Source of the DNA: Calditrichia bacterium
GTDB taxonomy: Bacteria > Calditrichota > Calditrichia > JAJRVZ01
Assembly (NCBI GenBank): GCA_963796965.1
Contig: CAWCNS010000004.1
Coordinates: 32,001-96,000, forward strand
Reading direction: 5' to 3'
DNA: 64,000 nucleotides
Each line of letters starts with the position of its first letter. Position 1 is the first letter of the stretch. Made by a program: the position numbers and the translations under genes. This document shows, piece after piece, positions 23,049 to 35,224 of the stretch. The notes below the pieces were generated by a model, which was given only the letters and a program-made list of their open reading frames with translations, ran no database searches and was not told the DNA's origin.

Positions 23049-24167
23049 ATGCCGATTATTGATAATTTTAAAGATAAAATTCATGACTCACGTGCTTTTG
23101 TCCAAAGACATCAACGCCTGATACCTGTTCTCTCCTTTTTTGCTGGGTTTACCTGGGATAGTGTAACCATAACCCGTATCGATGAAGTGTCAGACAATTT
23201 GATTATAGGTTTATACCTCATTTTATTGGGTTTTCTCATCATTCTGACCCTGCATAGTGAGTATAACCGCTTAAAAAAACCGCTGTTGATTAAATACGGA
23301 CACCTTTATCCCACAGGGATCCAATTTTTTCTGGGTGGATTATTCAGCGCCTATGTGGTCTTTTATTTTAAGAGCGCTTCTTTTACAAAAACAGCTATTT
23401 TTCTGGGACTTTTAATTCTGCTCCTGGTTGCCAATGAATTCTTGAAAAACAAGCTCACTAATACCTATCTGCTAATTTCTCTCTATTTTCTTGCCGCATT
23501 CTCGTTTTTTATATTCTTTGTGCCTGTGATTACCGGATATATGAATATATTCACCTTTATTGCCGGGAGTCTTGCCGGACTATTACCACCCTATTTTATC
23601 CTGTCTTACTTATACCGGAAAAATCTGATTGAATCAAAGAAACGCTATCAGAAACATCTGGCGTTGGTTGGTGGAATTTTTATTATCATGATATTCTTTC
23701 ATTGGCTCAATTTGATCCCACCGGTTCCTTTGGCCATGAAATATGCCGGTATCTACCATCATGCCAGCAAGAACAAGATAGAAAACACGTATATACTCAA
23801 GTATGAAAAACCGGCCTGGTACCAGATATTTAAAAATGATGATTCTCAATTTCATTATCAGGAAAACGACACCGTTTTTTGTTTTGCATCCGTTTTTGCC
23901 CCGACACGATTAACAAAGAAGATTGCCCATGAATGGTCCCATTTCTCGGAGAATAAAGATGAATGGATCGTCACCGATCGGACGGTATATCGGCTAACCG
24001 GTGGACGGGATGGTGGTTATCGTGGATTTACCTTTAAAAAGAATATTGAGATGGGGGAGTGGCGTGTCGATATTATCACCGATGATGATCAGATATTGGG
24101 CCGGATTAAATTCAGTATTATTCAAGCAAAAGATGAAGTTCTTGAGTTTGAGACCATAGAGAAATAA
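23049..24167 (+). CDS. DUF2914-domain membrane protein
   Basis: GFTWD..T..RID, QFFLGGLFS, IPPVPL, FASVFAP, GGRDGGYRG, GEWRVDI. Confidence 0.85.
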   Translation: MPIIDNFKDKIHDSRAFVQRHQRLIPVLSFFAGFTWDSVTITRIDEVSDNLIIGLYLILLGFLIILTLHSEYNRLKKPLLIKYGHLYPTGIQFFLGGLFSAYVVFYFKSASFTKTAIFLGLLILLLVANEFLKNKLTNTYLLISLYFLAAFSFFIFFVPVITGYMNIFTFIAGSLAGLLPPYFILSYLYRKNLIESKKRYQKHLALVGGIFIIMIFFHWLNLIPPVPLAMKYAGIYHHASKNKIENTYILKYEKPAWYQIFKNDDSQFHYQENDTVFCFASVFAPTRLTKKIAHEWSHFSENKDEWIVTDRTVYRLTGGRDGGYRGFTFKKNIEMGEWRVDIITDDDQILGRIKFSIIQAKDEVLEFETIEK

Positions 24168-24303
24168 ATTGGAATGGACTAGGAATTAGGAATTAGGAAA
24201 AATAATATGCTTAGAATTCCCAATTCCCAATTCCCAATTCCCAATCCCGTGAAATATAATTACACAAAGATGATCAATTAATTATATCAATAGATGATGC
24301 AGC

Positions 24304-25286
24304 TTAATTTTTCTCCGGTGGGGTAGCCACCTTGGCAATTGTTTTGGCAACGGGTTTTACCGTTTTCAAAAAACGATAGATCGCTTTTAAATCATTATCT
24401 TTCATTTTCTGAAAAGCGGTCCAGGGCATGGGTGAAGTGTCATATATCTTTCCCGCTTTCATTCTGTCAATGAATGATTCTTCATCCCAATCGGCCATGA
24501 TACTGGTCTGTTTATCGGGTGTTATGTTAGGCGTGACATATATCCAACCCTGGGTGAGATCGTCCGGACCAAAGGTCATGCCCCCGGCATATTCCTTACC
24601 AATAAACTCACCCGTCTGCATGTCTCTGTCGGTGTGGCACCCCATGCAGTTGGCTACGGCATAGGCCAGATATTTACCGTATGCGACACTTGTATCTTCT
24701 TTAACACTTTTCATCACGGGTTTATCCGGCTGGCTTGGTTTTATTGCCCCAAAGGTTTTCAATGCCTTGCCCAGAAAAGTAAATTCTGTCTCAGGCATTT
24801 TATGTTTGACACTCTCCTGGCTTTTCAAATAAGCAATGATGGCATAAATATCTTCATCTGCCATGTTAAAAAAGGGCATGAAGTCAATAGCAGCCTGTCC
24901 ATCCGGGCGAATATTATAGCGGAGCATGCGAAATATTTGGCCATCGGTATATCTTCCTATTCCGGTTTCCTCATCCGGTGTGATATTTGGCGCATAAAAT
25001 ATCCCCGGCGGGATCTTCAGACCAAAACCACCCGACATGACCAGATCATCATCACCGTCATGCGATAATACTTTCTCAAAGGGACTATGACAATCGATAC
25101 AATGTGCCGGACCCTGAGTTAAATACCGGCCTCGTTCAATCATCGCCGAATCAGATCTAACTTTTAAATCTGAAAGAGGATAATCATCGTCGTAACTCTT
25201 ATCATAGGATGAATAAACGAATACCATAAAACCGGCGACAATAATTAAAACAATACTGAAATTCCCAATAGAATCTTCTTAAGCAT
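24304..25286 (-). CDS. Diheme cytochrome c with membrane anchor; 5' frameshift
   Basis: CIDCH and CMGCH, each followed by PNITPD and an MP ligand motif. Confidence 0.88.
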
Positions 25287-25471
25287 ATTTCCCCCCCTTG
25301 TAGATTTTGTAGTAATAAAAATATTAAAACTGAATTATTATTAATTTTTATTCCGGCGTGTATGCGGAGAAATATTTTAAAAAATTGGGCAACTTCGTTG
25401 CCACCTTCTCGTATATAAATTCACTTCCCATTTATTTTTTTCACTACCTTTTTTGTAGATAGGAGATTGTC

Positions 25472-26650
25472 ATGAAACGATTTTATCAAATCTTGTTACG
25501 GTTTTGCTTAGGTCTGATTTTATTCATACCGATCGCCATTACGGCTCAGAGTAATGTCGAAGATGTTATTCTTGGGAAATCAATTACATTTAAATCTGAT
25601 ATATTGGGTGAGGACCGGCAGATTATGATATATCTACCTACGGGATATGAGCAGACAGGCACTAACTATCCCGTATTGTATTTGTTAGACGGCCGTGCTC
25701 ATTTCCAACATGCCTCTTCCACCGTGCAGTTTTTATCGCGGAATGGCAGGATTCCTCAAATGATTGTTGTTGCAATTGTCAACGTTGATCGTACCCGAGA
25801 TTTTACGCCAACATCTATGGACAACCGACCCCAGAGTGGTGGTGCAAAAAAATTTATCTCTTTTATGCAAGATGAATTATTTCCCTACATAGAGAAAAAT
25901 TATCGAACTGCGCCCTATCGCTTGCTAGAAGGACATTCGTTAGGAGGTATGTTTTCCATCCATGTGCTTTTTAAACATCCCCAGATGTTTCAGGCACATT
26001 TTGCCATGAGTCCCTATATAATGTGGGATGGCAATTATAATTTATTCCAGGCCAATAAAAAACTACAGAATCCCATGGAATTTAAAAATTTTCTCTATAT
26101 AACCCTGGGAAATGAACCAAATTATGTGGAGCCATTAAAAGAATTTACCACCCTGTTGGAAACAAAAAAGCCAAAAGGGCTGGAGTGGCATTATACTGTG
26201 ATGGATAATGATAATCATGGAACGGTGCCATTAAAAAGCTTGTACAACGGGTTAGAATTACTTTATGAGAATTGGGCCCTCAAAGCAGCCGTTGCAGACC
26301 AGGGTATTGATGCGGTTCATGATCATTATAATAGCTTATCGGCTAAATATGGTTATAAAGTGGAAGTTCCTGAAAATGTGTTCAATGCTATGGGCTACCG
26401 TGCCATCAATCAGAAGAAAATTGATTTAGCCATCGAATATTTTTTACACAATGTTAAACTTTATCCCCAATCCGCAAATGTTTATGATAGTCTGGGAGAA
26501 GGATATGAGGCTGCCGGGGAGTTAGAATTGGCAAAGAAAAACTACCAGATTGCCGTAGAAAAGGGTACAGAGTCAGGAAATAATAATCTAGCAGTTTATG
26601 AAGAGCATCTGGATAATGTTACTCAAAAATTAAATAAGGCTAAATCGTGA
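25472..26650 (+). CDS. Secreted alpha/beta hydrolase (IroE/Fes-like esterase) with C-terminal TPR
   Basis: YPVLYLLDG, RTRDFTP, GHSLGG nucleophile; YPQSANVYDSLGE TPR. Confidence 0.88.
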   Translation: MKRFYQILLRFCLGLILFIPIAITAQSNVEDVILGKSITFKSDILGEDRQIMIYLPTGYEQTGTNYPVLYLLDGRAHFQHASSTVQFLSRNGRIPQMIVVAIVNVDRTRDFTPTSMDNRPQSGGAKKFISFMQDELFPYIEKNYRTAPYRLLEGHSLGGMFSIHVLFKHPQMFQAHFAMSPYIMWDGNYNLFQANKKLQNPMEFKNFLYITLGNEPNYVEPLKEFTTLLETKKPKGLEWHYTVMDNDNHGTVPLKSLYNGLELLYENWALKAAVADQGIDAVHDHYNSLSAKYGYKVEVPENVFNAMGYRAINQKKIDLAIEYFLHNVKLYPQSANVYDSLGEGYEAAGELELAKKNYQIAVEKGTESGNNNLAVYEEHLDNVTQKLNKAKS

Positions 26651-26914
26651 TATCTTATCATTCCCAGTCTTTTTTGTGAGATTTAAAACCGTAAAATTTT
26701 CTTTATATCCTTGCGTTGAAAAAAATAACCACAAGGACACGGAGATTATATTATTTTACGAATGACCTCCCCCTTTCATTCCCCTTCCTTACTAAGGAGG
26801 GAAACATGGGAGTGGTGATTGCTTAAAGTCAGTATGCTCTGTGGAAGCTGCGGCGCTGCGTGAACAAAAATTTAACAAAAAGCAGTCCCTCAACTGTATC
26901 CCTTCATTCTATCA

Positions 26915-28863
26915 TCAATTCGATACTGCTACAACATCTGATTCAAAATCATATTGTATATGATAAATAATATTATTTAAGGTCACACGAAGTTTCAATT
27001 GTTTTTCAGATTCTGATAAAACATCAGCTGTGTAAGTGGGAGGCTCATTATTTCGATATGGAATCGCCAGAGCAATAAAACGATAAACTTGTTTTCGATG
27101 CAAGGGGCGAATGGAAATAAATCGATTGGATTGTCTGGTTATCTCCCGGGTCGCCTGATAACTTGTTTGATGATTTTCAAAGCTGACAACGCGGTTATCT
27201 TGTCTGGTTGGACGTAAGAATTGGACATCCAATCGGGCATTTCCATTGGATAGCTTTATAATACCGGATGGATCTTCTGCAGCTTTCCCTTCATAATGCA
27301 TCAGCCATTCTATTTTGCGGATCTCATCTGCAGCGAGATCATCGACAATTACCACGAATTTGCCCTCTACCAATGCAATGTATCGTTGAAATCTTTTAAG
27401 CAGATGACCGTAAGCAGCATTTGCTTCTCCCACTGCGAATTGTAATTCATTTGATGACGAAAAATTTATGATGCTAGGCATCAAATGCTTCACCATATCC
27501 CTGTCCTTGGCCGTCAACAAGCAACGTATTATGTGCAATCGTATGATTACCTTCAAAGTCCCAGCGTTGATTTTTTGTATCAAAAAATCCCAGATAATGG
27601 GCATAAGGCCAATTGGGCTGATCAACCAGAAGCGGCTTCCCATGGGCATGAAGTATAAATGAATTTAAATCGAGATGGGAATGATTAACAAGAGACTTTC
27701 CGGTTTTTAGCCCAATAAAAATGGCATCATCATTCCAACTGCTGCGCATGGTGGCGACCTGAATCCCTTTAAAATATTTACCTAAATCAAGATTAAGTGG
27801 TTTGGATCCTGAAAGATCAGAATTGTAAAAGAGAATATCATGAATGCTAGTGCCTAAATCTTTTTCAGCACTCCATTGCCAGTAGGGATTGTTATAATGG
27901 GAAGCTAATAGCGCCATAAGCCAGGGTCTGGGTGGACCTATATTACAATCAGAAAAGTTAAAACATTCACCTCCGGGCGTACGGTTGTAGAGACCAAAAT
28001 CAGCAGTAACCTTTAAAAAGGGTAAATCATAGAGATTAACGGCCCCATCTGATACCCTATGAATGGCTTCGACAAACATCATTGCCTGACCGATGCCATA
28101 ACCCCAATAACTGACGCCTTCATTCCAGCCGCCATCAACCCCCCCATGATTCAGCACATCTACAACCCCATCGATGGCGTATTTAAGATTTTCCTTCACT
28201 TTTGGTGCTTTCTCAAGTAAAGCAAGGGTGACGACGCCCATTTCACCACAGATAACCGAGCGCCAATTATGCTCAGCTTTGGTCCACCCCTCAGATTTCG
28301 TTGTATAGACGTCATGGAAAGGTATCAGCGCCTGTTTTATAATGACATCTTCAATCGCCAGGCGTTCAATATCAGTTAAAACAGGATATAACCAATCATA
28401 ACAAAGGGCGAGTATGTAGGCAACGCCCGCAACACCCAAATCGACACGGCGGGGTTTATGCTCTTCATAAACCCAGTCATCCCATTGAACCATTTGGTTT
28501 ATAATCTCCCGGGCATAATTGGCATAGATTGATTTTTGGGTTATCGCATAGGCAAAAGATAACTTTTCAGATTCGGACCGGGCTTTGTAGCGGGAAAGAT
28601 TATAATCAGAATAATCAGGGATGGGGCGGATGATTAATGTATCGCATTCTGATAAAAAAGAGAGGATACGGGGATCCCCGGATAAATATTGCTCATGCAA
28701 TTTATTAAGACCATCTGAATCAAAATACAAACGAGGATGACCCGAATTCTCAGGAATCTCCCATTTTTCCAAATTATTGAGGAAAATTTCTTTGGTGGAT
28801 GCGTCTAAGGATAAGGGTAATAAAAAGAATGATGAGGGTTGTAAGTATAGGTTTAATAAGCAA
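26915..28863 (-). CDS. Heparinase II/III-family polysaccharide lyase (DUF4962-like N-terminus); frameshifts ~28810 and ~27480
   Basis: HPRLYF, HNW, DGGWNEGVSYWGY, NFSD, RSSW, HSHLDLNSF, HNTLLVDGQGQ; TTG start at 28863 after AAGGAG. Confidence 0.85.
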
Positions 28864-28906
28864 AGGGTACTCCTTTGGGGCTTTTTTGCCTCTCCTGATA
28901 TAGTGG

Positions 28907-29167
28907 TTATCTATGTGTAAGGACCAAAAGTATAGTAACGATGTCTATGCTTATTATAAATATTCTTACATGTTTTGTCCAGCCATAAATTTTTTTAATG
29001 CCTTTTGATTCCTTTACAATAGAATCTATAACCTCCTTTATTTCAGGTTGTGCCTGAGTGAACGGATCCTTAATAAGATCCTGGCGGCCATGTCTTTGAT
29101 CTGAACATGAATCAAGGAGAAAAATGATTGAAAGAAAATAATCCAAGCCATTGATTTTGATTATCAT
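28907..29167 (-). CDS. Short hypothetical protein, possibly a truncated exported protein
   Basis: 86-aa ORF with GAGG RBS and degenerate signal/Cys. Confidence 0.35.
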   Translation of the reverse strand: MIIKINGLDYFLSIIFLLDSCSDQRHGRQDLIKDPFTQAQPEIKEVIDSIVKESKGIKKIYGWTKHVRIFIISIDIVTILLVLTHR

Positions 29168-29439
29168 TTTATTACCTCACAATTGACATTTTAGATTATA
29201 ATACATCTATTTCGTATTGTTTTCATTAGATTGAAGAATGGTTATATTCAAAACAGATCTATCATTTTAATATATTGATACAGGTGAGGGTATACAATAA
29301 ATTACATTTTTCACAAAACGGAGTAACTAGTAACTATTAGCTATTTAAAATTATATAATTTAATCCTTTGCGTCTCTGCGACTTTGCGAGAGATAAAATG
29401 TTCGGGTTAATAAAAATTCTGAAAATAGGAGGGTCATTT

Positions 29440-30592
29440 ATGGGCAGTCATTTTTTTAAGTATATCTCGTTATTCACAATATATCTATTCACCTTTTCAA
29501 TGACTGTTTTGGCGCAGTCGCCATCTGATGAAAAACGGCAAGAAGTGTATCCTAAAGAGGTAGAACAATTCCTGAAGGGAATGTATAGCAAACAACACCA
29601 GGAATTTACCTTTCGTTTGAACTATCCAGGTGGTTTCAAAATGTGGCAGGCAGAAGCACGGCCAGAACTTTACCGTCTGATCGGTCTGAATAACATCACT
29701 GCCTATGCTGGTACTTTTAAGCCGAAGATCAGATTGTTAGAAAAGAAAGACCGGGAGAGCCATACGCTGCAAAAGGGCTTTATTGAAACAGAATCGCATG
29801 TAGAGATCCCTTTTTGGTTGCTCATTCCAAAAGGGGATGGTCCTTTTCCCCTGGCCATTTTACCTCATGGTCACGACAGTCGAGGTCATGATACACATGC
29901 GGCTGTTTATCATGATGAAGCTCATCGTCAGAAAACCCTTGCTGGTGACCGGGATGTGGCCGTACAGGCTGTTGAAAATGGATTTATTGCCATTGCACCG
30001 GCAATTCGCGGCTTGGCTAAAGAAGCCCCGGGTATTCCAGATATCCGAGACCGCCATGGAGACAGGGATTGTCGTAGTCAATTCATGCATTGTCTTCTTA
30101 GTGGCAGAACAGCGATTGGTGAGCGGGTATGGGATATGTCCCGGATCATCGACTGGGCAACAACTTTACCAGATGTTGATGCTAGCACAATTCTGATGAT
30201 GGGAAATTCTGGCGGTGGAATGGTAACTCTCTTTGCAGCCTGCCTGTGACAAACGTATTACAATTGCTGTACCCAGTTGTTCCTTTTCTGTTCTTACCAG
30301 TCCTGAGGGTTATATATATCATTGTGATTGTAATGCCATACCGGGAATTCTTCAATGGGGTAATCTCTATGATGTGGCCGGTCTTATAGCCCCAAGATTC
30401 CTGCTCACAGTAAATGGTATGAAGGACAAATTGCACTCTGTTGACGATATAAATCGCGCAGCAGATCGTGTAAGGGTAATCTATAGTGCCGCAGACGTAC
30501 CATCCCATTATGAACATCGCTGGGGAACGGAAGGGCACCGTTTTTATAAAGATTTGATGTGGCCATTTATCAACCAGAGCCGATTAAAATGA
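29440..30592 (+). CDS. Secreted alpha/beta hydrolase (acetylxylan esterase / dienelactone hydrolase-like); frameshift ~30245
   Basis: PHGH, GERVWD, GNSGGG nucleophile, HCDCNAIPG, LIAPR, GHRF. Confidence 0.85.
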
Positions 30593-30882
30593 TCGGCCTG
30601 GTTGAAAACTCTAAATCCCAAGTTCTAAACTCTAAAGAATATAAAAATCCAAATTCAAAAAAATCATAGACAATTTCTAAAATTGAATAGGTGAAATTCT
30701 ACCAACTATATTTAGACAATAGTTCAATTGCCTGGTTAGATTCTCACATTTATGATAATTAAAATGTCATTACCTGAGTACTTATTCAAGAATAAATAAT
30801 AATTAATAATAACAATGTATTGATCCTTAGTATGATCTCTAAACTTACCAGATAGTGGGTAGATAGCAAGTACAGGCATTAT

Positions 30883-31644
30883 CTATTCAAACACACTTAC
30901 CAACTCCTGATAGTTATCATGAACCACATCAATGGCCTCAACAACCTTTTCTTTTACCGCCTCTTCTTTTGTGATTTCGTTTAGTTTCATTAATGATTCT
31001 CTTAAAGCAAGTTTGGCCCGGTCATAGGCTTTTTGTTTGTCTTTAAGACGTGCTGGTAACTCTGCTTTTTCTATCGGTTCCATTCGTGCGATCAGTTCTG
31101 TTGTTGAAATCTTGATTTTGGACAGATCATAATCTGGGAGATAATAATGGTAAAGCATATATAGTTCCTGGTGAAAACGATCAATCTCCTTCATAACCGG
31201 TCGGATCAAACGGACCAACTTTTCAAACTGGCTGTGCAGATCTTCAGCTGCTTTTAGTAAATTATCTTTTTGGTCTGCAGCGGCCGTCTTCTTATAGGTA
31301 TCAATAATTTCTGACATATCCAGAATCCCTTTTTCCCAGGCCTCCTGTTTGTCACGTAGAATACCAGGCAAAGATACCTTCTCCAGTTTCTTAAATCCCG
31401 ATTCGATCTCGGGGATCAATTCTTTAAGCATTTCGGTGTTTTTTTCCGGCCAGGCCTCATGCCAGATCTGATAGATAACTTCATGAAAGTCCCAAAGTTC
31501 AGGCACGTCGGAACTGGTTTCGGCCTTAATCGCATGCCCCTGTATATCGTTTTTTTCTGTCGTCGTTTTATTGTTTTCTTTGTCACCACAGGCAGAAGTA
31601 CTTAAAAATAACAGAACGACGCATATAGATTTCCAGGAATCCAT
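30883..31644 (-). CDS. Hypothetical helical lipoprotein with internal duplication
   Basis: TSAC lipobox; two repeats FHEVIYQIWH..P / FHQELYMLYH..P, each ending in H..FEKLV / H..YQELV. Confidence 0.7.
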   Translation of the reverse strand: MDSWKSICVVLLFLSTSACGDKENNKTTTEKNDIQGHAIKAETSSDVPELWDFHEVIYQIWHEAWPEKNTEMLKELIPEIESGFKKLEKVSLPGILRDKQEAWEKGILDMSEIIDTYKKTAAADQKDNLLKAAEDLHSQFEKLVRLIRPVMKEIDRFHQELYMLYHYYLPDYDLSKIKISTTELIARMEPIEKAELPARLKDKQKAYDRAKLALRESLMKLNEITKEEAVKEKVVEAIDVVHDNYQELVSVFE

Positions 31645-31922
31645 ATTTTCTCCTTTCAAGATATTTAAATACAAATCATCTAAAGATATTAACGGTATAT
31701 TTGAATTTAAAAAGATAAAGGATAAAAGAAAAATACATAAGGTGAGATTGAGATGTTAGCGAATTAATAAACAATTTTTTTTAATAAAACATATAATTTT
31801 TAAGAAATCTTTATATGTTCAATAGTGGCTGGATAAAAAGCAATTGTATTGACGCCATCTGTCTATTAATTTTATAAAATATTGTGCAAGGGTTTTAATA
31901 ACTTAAAGCACATGAACTGAAT

Positions 31923-33332
31923 ATGATCATAAAAAAAACATCATTATTTCCTATCCTATATCTTTTACTATTCATCCTGTTCTCACAGGCTATCGCGCAG
32001 AGTGAAGATAGTATGAATGTTGAAATTTTATCTCAACCACTGTGGATACTCATCCTACCCGGTACAATTTCAGATATTAAGGAACATTTCATCGAAAATG
32101 GCGTGAGCGATATTGTGGTCGATATCGCCTGGCAATTAGGGCGCTTTGAGGTTTTTGACCGTTATGATGTTTGGGATTTAATAAAGAACTATCAACTGGA
32201 AAAACCCGGGAACCTCCCCGATTCAGCGGTTTTTGCAATTGGAGATACGATAGAGTGTGATGAGGCATTAATTATTGATGTCCTGAACTTCTCACAAGTT
32301 GGTGTGCCGTCGGATGATGATGAGGACGATCGCAATTTCTTTGAATCAATTATTGATGGTCTTTTCAGCAGCGATTCAGAAGATTATTCGGATAATATTC
32401 AGACAGACCTCTCTGTTCAATTCAGAAATATAGATCTGACGACTGGAAATGAGATTGACCGTACCTCCGTCTCAGTTTCGCATACTGGTGGGACACAAAC
32501 AGAATCAAAAGAAGAGGTTTTAGAAAATTTTAGCGATGTGGTTCTTAATGAAATGCGGATGATTTACCAGTTAGTTTCAGAGGTGACGCGCATTGATGGG
32601 GTGGACCTTGATCTGTATATTGGTTCAAACCTTGGCATTAGTAACAACACCTTGTTTGAAATTATCGAACCGGAAATGATCGAAAAGACAGGTGACGAAG
32701 ACTTAATATATCCGGGAGAGTCTGTTGGTCTGGCTTGTGTTCAGAGTGTCAGAGATACCCTTAATCGTTCTTTGGTTATAAGGCAATGGAGTTCCATTGA
32801 GCCTGGATTTTATGCTTATGAATTCACAAAAAATATTCATGGGATTCAATTCTATTATATTCCTGGATTTCCAGGGGATTATATGTCCATCGGAGGACAA
32901 TATCATCATAACCCCCTGGGTGATTGGGATGTTGGTGGTGGCATATGCTATATCAATGTTACTGATTCATATAATGAAACGAATCACGGTCTTGGATTTG
33001 GCGTATTTGGTTCCAGAAGGCTTTGGACTACAACCTCATTGACTATTCGTGCCAATATCGACCTCAATCTTAACATCCCATTTAAAGAAGATGATGATAA
33101 CCAAACAGTTTCCACGGGGGTGTTTTCGGGGTCACTTGGGATTTCTGCCAGCTTCATGCTAACAAAAATTTCTGATATAGAGGTAAATCTCGCTTACCGT
33201 GTGTCAACACATTCATCAACCTGGACGTACTCCAAGAAAGAGGAATACGATGCTTTTTGGTATGATGAGCCACCGGTTGTTGATATTAGCGGATTTTATA
33301 TGTCTTTGGGATACAAATTGATTTTATTTTGA
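31923..33332 (+). CDS. Exported protein with CsgG/FlgT-like domains and C-terminal outer-membrane beta-barrel
   Basis: Signal peptide; GRFEVFDR CsgG/TolB-N-like motif; alternating beta-strands ending LGYKLILF. Confidence 0.55.
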   Translation: MIIKKTSLFPILYLLLFILFSQAIAQSEDSMNVEILSQPLWILILPGTISDIKEHFIENGVSDIVVDIAWQLGRFEVFDRYDVWDLIKNYQLEKPGNLPDSAVFAIGDTIECDEALIIDVLNFSQVGVPSDDDEDDRNFFESIIDGLFSSDSEDYSDNIQTDLSVQFRNIDLTTGNEIDRTSVSVSHTGGTQTESKEEVLENFSDVVLNEMRMIYQLVSEVTRIDGVDLDLYIGSNLGISNNTLFEIIEPEMIEKTGDEDLIYPGESVGLACVQSVRDTLNRSLVIRQWSSIEPGFYAYEFTKNIHGIQFYYIPGFPGDYMSIGGQYHHNPLGDWDVGGGICYINVTDSYNETNHGLGFGVFGSRRLWTTTSLTIRANIDLNLNIPFKEDDDNQTVSTGVFSGSLGISASFMLTKISDIEVNLAYRVSTHSSTWTYSKKEEYDAFWYDEPPVVDISGFYMSLGYKLILF

Positions 33333-33367
33333 AAAGAAAATGGGCTAGAGAGAAGATATCAGTCCTG

Positions 33368-33413
33368 GAAACCGGAAACTGCAGACCGGAGACCGAAATC
33401 AATCCCAAATACC
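33368..33413 (+). repeat. Dispersed intergenic repeat, copy 1
   Basis: 45/46 identical to the reverse complement of 51450-51495. Confidence 0.9.
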
Positions 33414-33626
33414 TAATTCCTAATTACATTCAGTATTACCTTATGGTGAAAATTACCTTCCCGGACCTTAAGGTCTGAGCTAAATGGGTTTCTTCTTTAC
33501 CGACGATTATCAGGCCAACTACCTCATATCCCCAATGCCATATTCTTTGGTTTGAATAAATATTTATCTCTTCAATAATTTTGCCTAAATTTATCGAAAT
33601 ACATCACTACGCAGAAAGGATAGACA

Positions 33627-35027
33627 ATGATCTATAAAATGGTTTCATCAATCCCATGGGAGATATTCCTGGTCTTTTTAGTTTTTGCTTGTTCAACGTC
33701 GAGTAATAATGAAAAAAAATCATCTTTCACCGGGGCTAAGGGTGAGGTTAAACTTATAACCTTGGATCCGGGACATTTCCATGCCGGTTTGGTGCAGAAA
33801 ATTATGTATGATCAGGTTGATCCCCTTGTCCATGTATTTGCTCCCGAAGGCGAAGATATTCAGTTGCACCTCAACCGGATTGAGAATTTCAATAAACGCG
33901 TAGAGAATCCAACCCATTGGGAAGAAAAAGTATATCTCGGTGAAGATTTCTTCGAAAGATTAATCGCTACAAAGCCCGGAAATGTTGTCGTCATTTCGGG
34001 CAACAATCAGAATAAAACGGAATATATTAATAAAGCAGTTAATGCCGGGTTAAATGTGCTGGCCGATAAACCAATGGTAATAAATGCGGATGATTTTGAA
34101 TTGTTAAAGGCAACTTTTAAATCTGCCGAAAAAAACGGTGTCCTGCTCTATGATATCATGACAGAGCGTTTTGAAATTACCATTACCCTGCAGAAGGAAT
34201 TGTCACAGATGGCAGAGGTTTTTGGTCAGTTAAAACCGGGAAGTTTAGAAGAACCATCCGTAACAAAAGAAAGTGTCCATCATTATTTTAAATATGTCTC
34301 GGGAAAACCGCTTCAACGATCACCCTGGTATTACGATGTAACACAACAGGGGGAAGGCGTTGTTGACGTGACGACCCATCTTGTCGATATGGTTCAATGG
34401 GAATGCTTTCCTGGGCAAGTTATTGATTACCAAAAGGATATTGAAATTTTGAGGGCCAGGCGCTGGCCTACTATTATTACACCGGAAAAATTTAAAAAAT
34501 CTACGGGTCAATCGAATTATCCGGATTACCTGAAAAAAGATATTGGAAAAGACAACAACCTCATGGTCTATGCCAACGGGGATATTTCCTATAAAATAAA
34601 AGGTATTCATGCCAAAGTTTCGGTTATTTGGGATTTTCAAGCCCCTGAGGGAGCGGGAGATACCCACTTTTCTATTATGAGAGGTACTAAAGCCAATTTG
34701 ATTATTAGTCAGGGAAAAGAACAGAATTACAAACCTGAGTTATATATTGAGGGTGTGACAGATTTAGATGAAAATGTTTTACAGGGAGCGATTGCAAAAC
34801 TGAGTGAGAAATACCCGGGTATCGGACTTGAAAAGTTAGATAAAAAATGGCGGGTGGTAATTCCACAGAAATATCATATCGGTCACGAAGCCCATTTTGG
34901 ACAGGTAATGGAAAAGTATCTGCAATATCTCACGGAAGGCACGCTACCTGATTGGGAAGTACCGAATATGCTTGCCAAGTATTATACCACCACCAGGGCC
35001 TTGCAACTGGCAGAAACAGTGAAATGA
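33627..35027 (+). CDS. Gfo/Idh/MocA-like oxidoreductase (putative oxidoreductase C-terminal domain), lipoprotein
   Basis: LDPGHFHA, NVLADKPM, YDIMTER, DVTTHLVD, GHEAHF; VFAC lipobox. Confidence 0.85.
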   Translation: MIYKMVSSIPWEIFLVFLVFACSTSSNNEKKSSFTGAKGEVKLITLDPGHFHAGLVQKIMYDQVDPLVHVFAPEGEDIQLHLNRIENFNKRVENPTHWEEKVYLGEDFFERLIATKPGNVVVISGNNQNKTEYINKAVNAGLNVLADKPMVINADDFELLKATFKSAEKNGVLLYDIMTERFEITITLQKELSQMAEVFGQLKPGSLEEPSVTKESVHHYFKYVSGKPLQRSPWYYDVTQQGEGVVDVTTHLVDMVQWECFPGQVIDYQKDIEILRARRWPTIITPEKFKKSTGQSNYPDYLKKDIGKDNNLMVYANGDISYKIKGIHAKVSVIWDFQAPEGAGDTHFSIMRGTKANLIISQGKEQNYKPELYIEGVTDLDENVLQGAIAKLSEKYPGIGLEKLDKKWRVVIPQKYHIGHEAHFGQVMEKYLQYLTEGTLPDWEVPNMLAKYYTTTRALQLAETVK

Positions 35028-35224
35028 GATATTTGGAATATGAACTTTATTTGAGTGACGTGATGTGAATTTCCCAACTGTCAGCTGATCTGTGCTGAGT
35101 TAATCAGGCCGGCAATTAATCCTCCTTCAATCTTGAGATAGGCGTCCTCCGACTAAATTTTTTATAAAAAAGTGAATAAATCACTTTACTCGGGCGTTTA
35201 TAGAGGAAAAACAAGGAGATAAAT

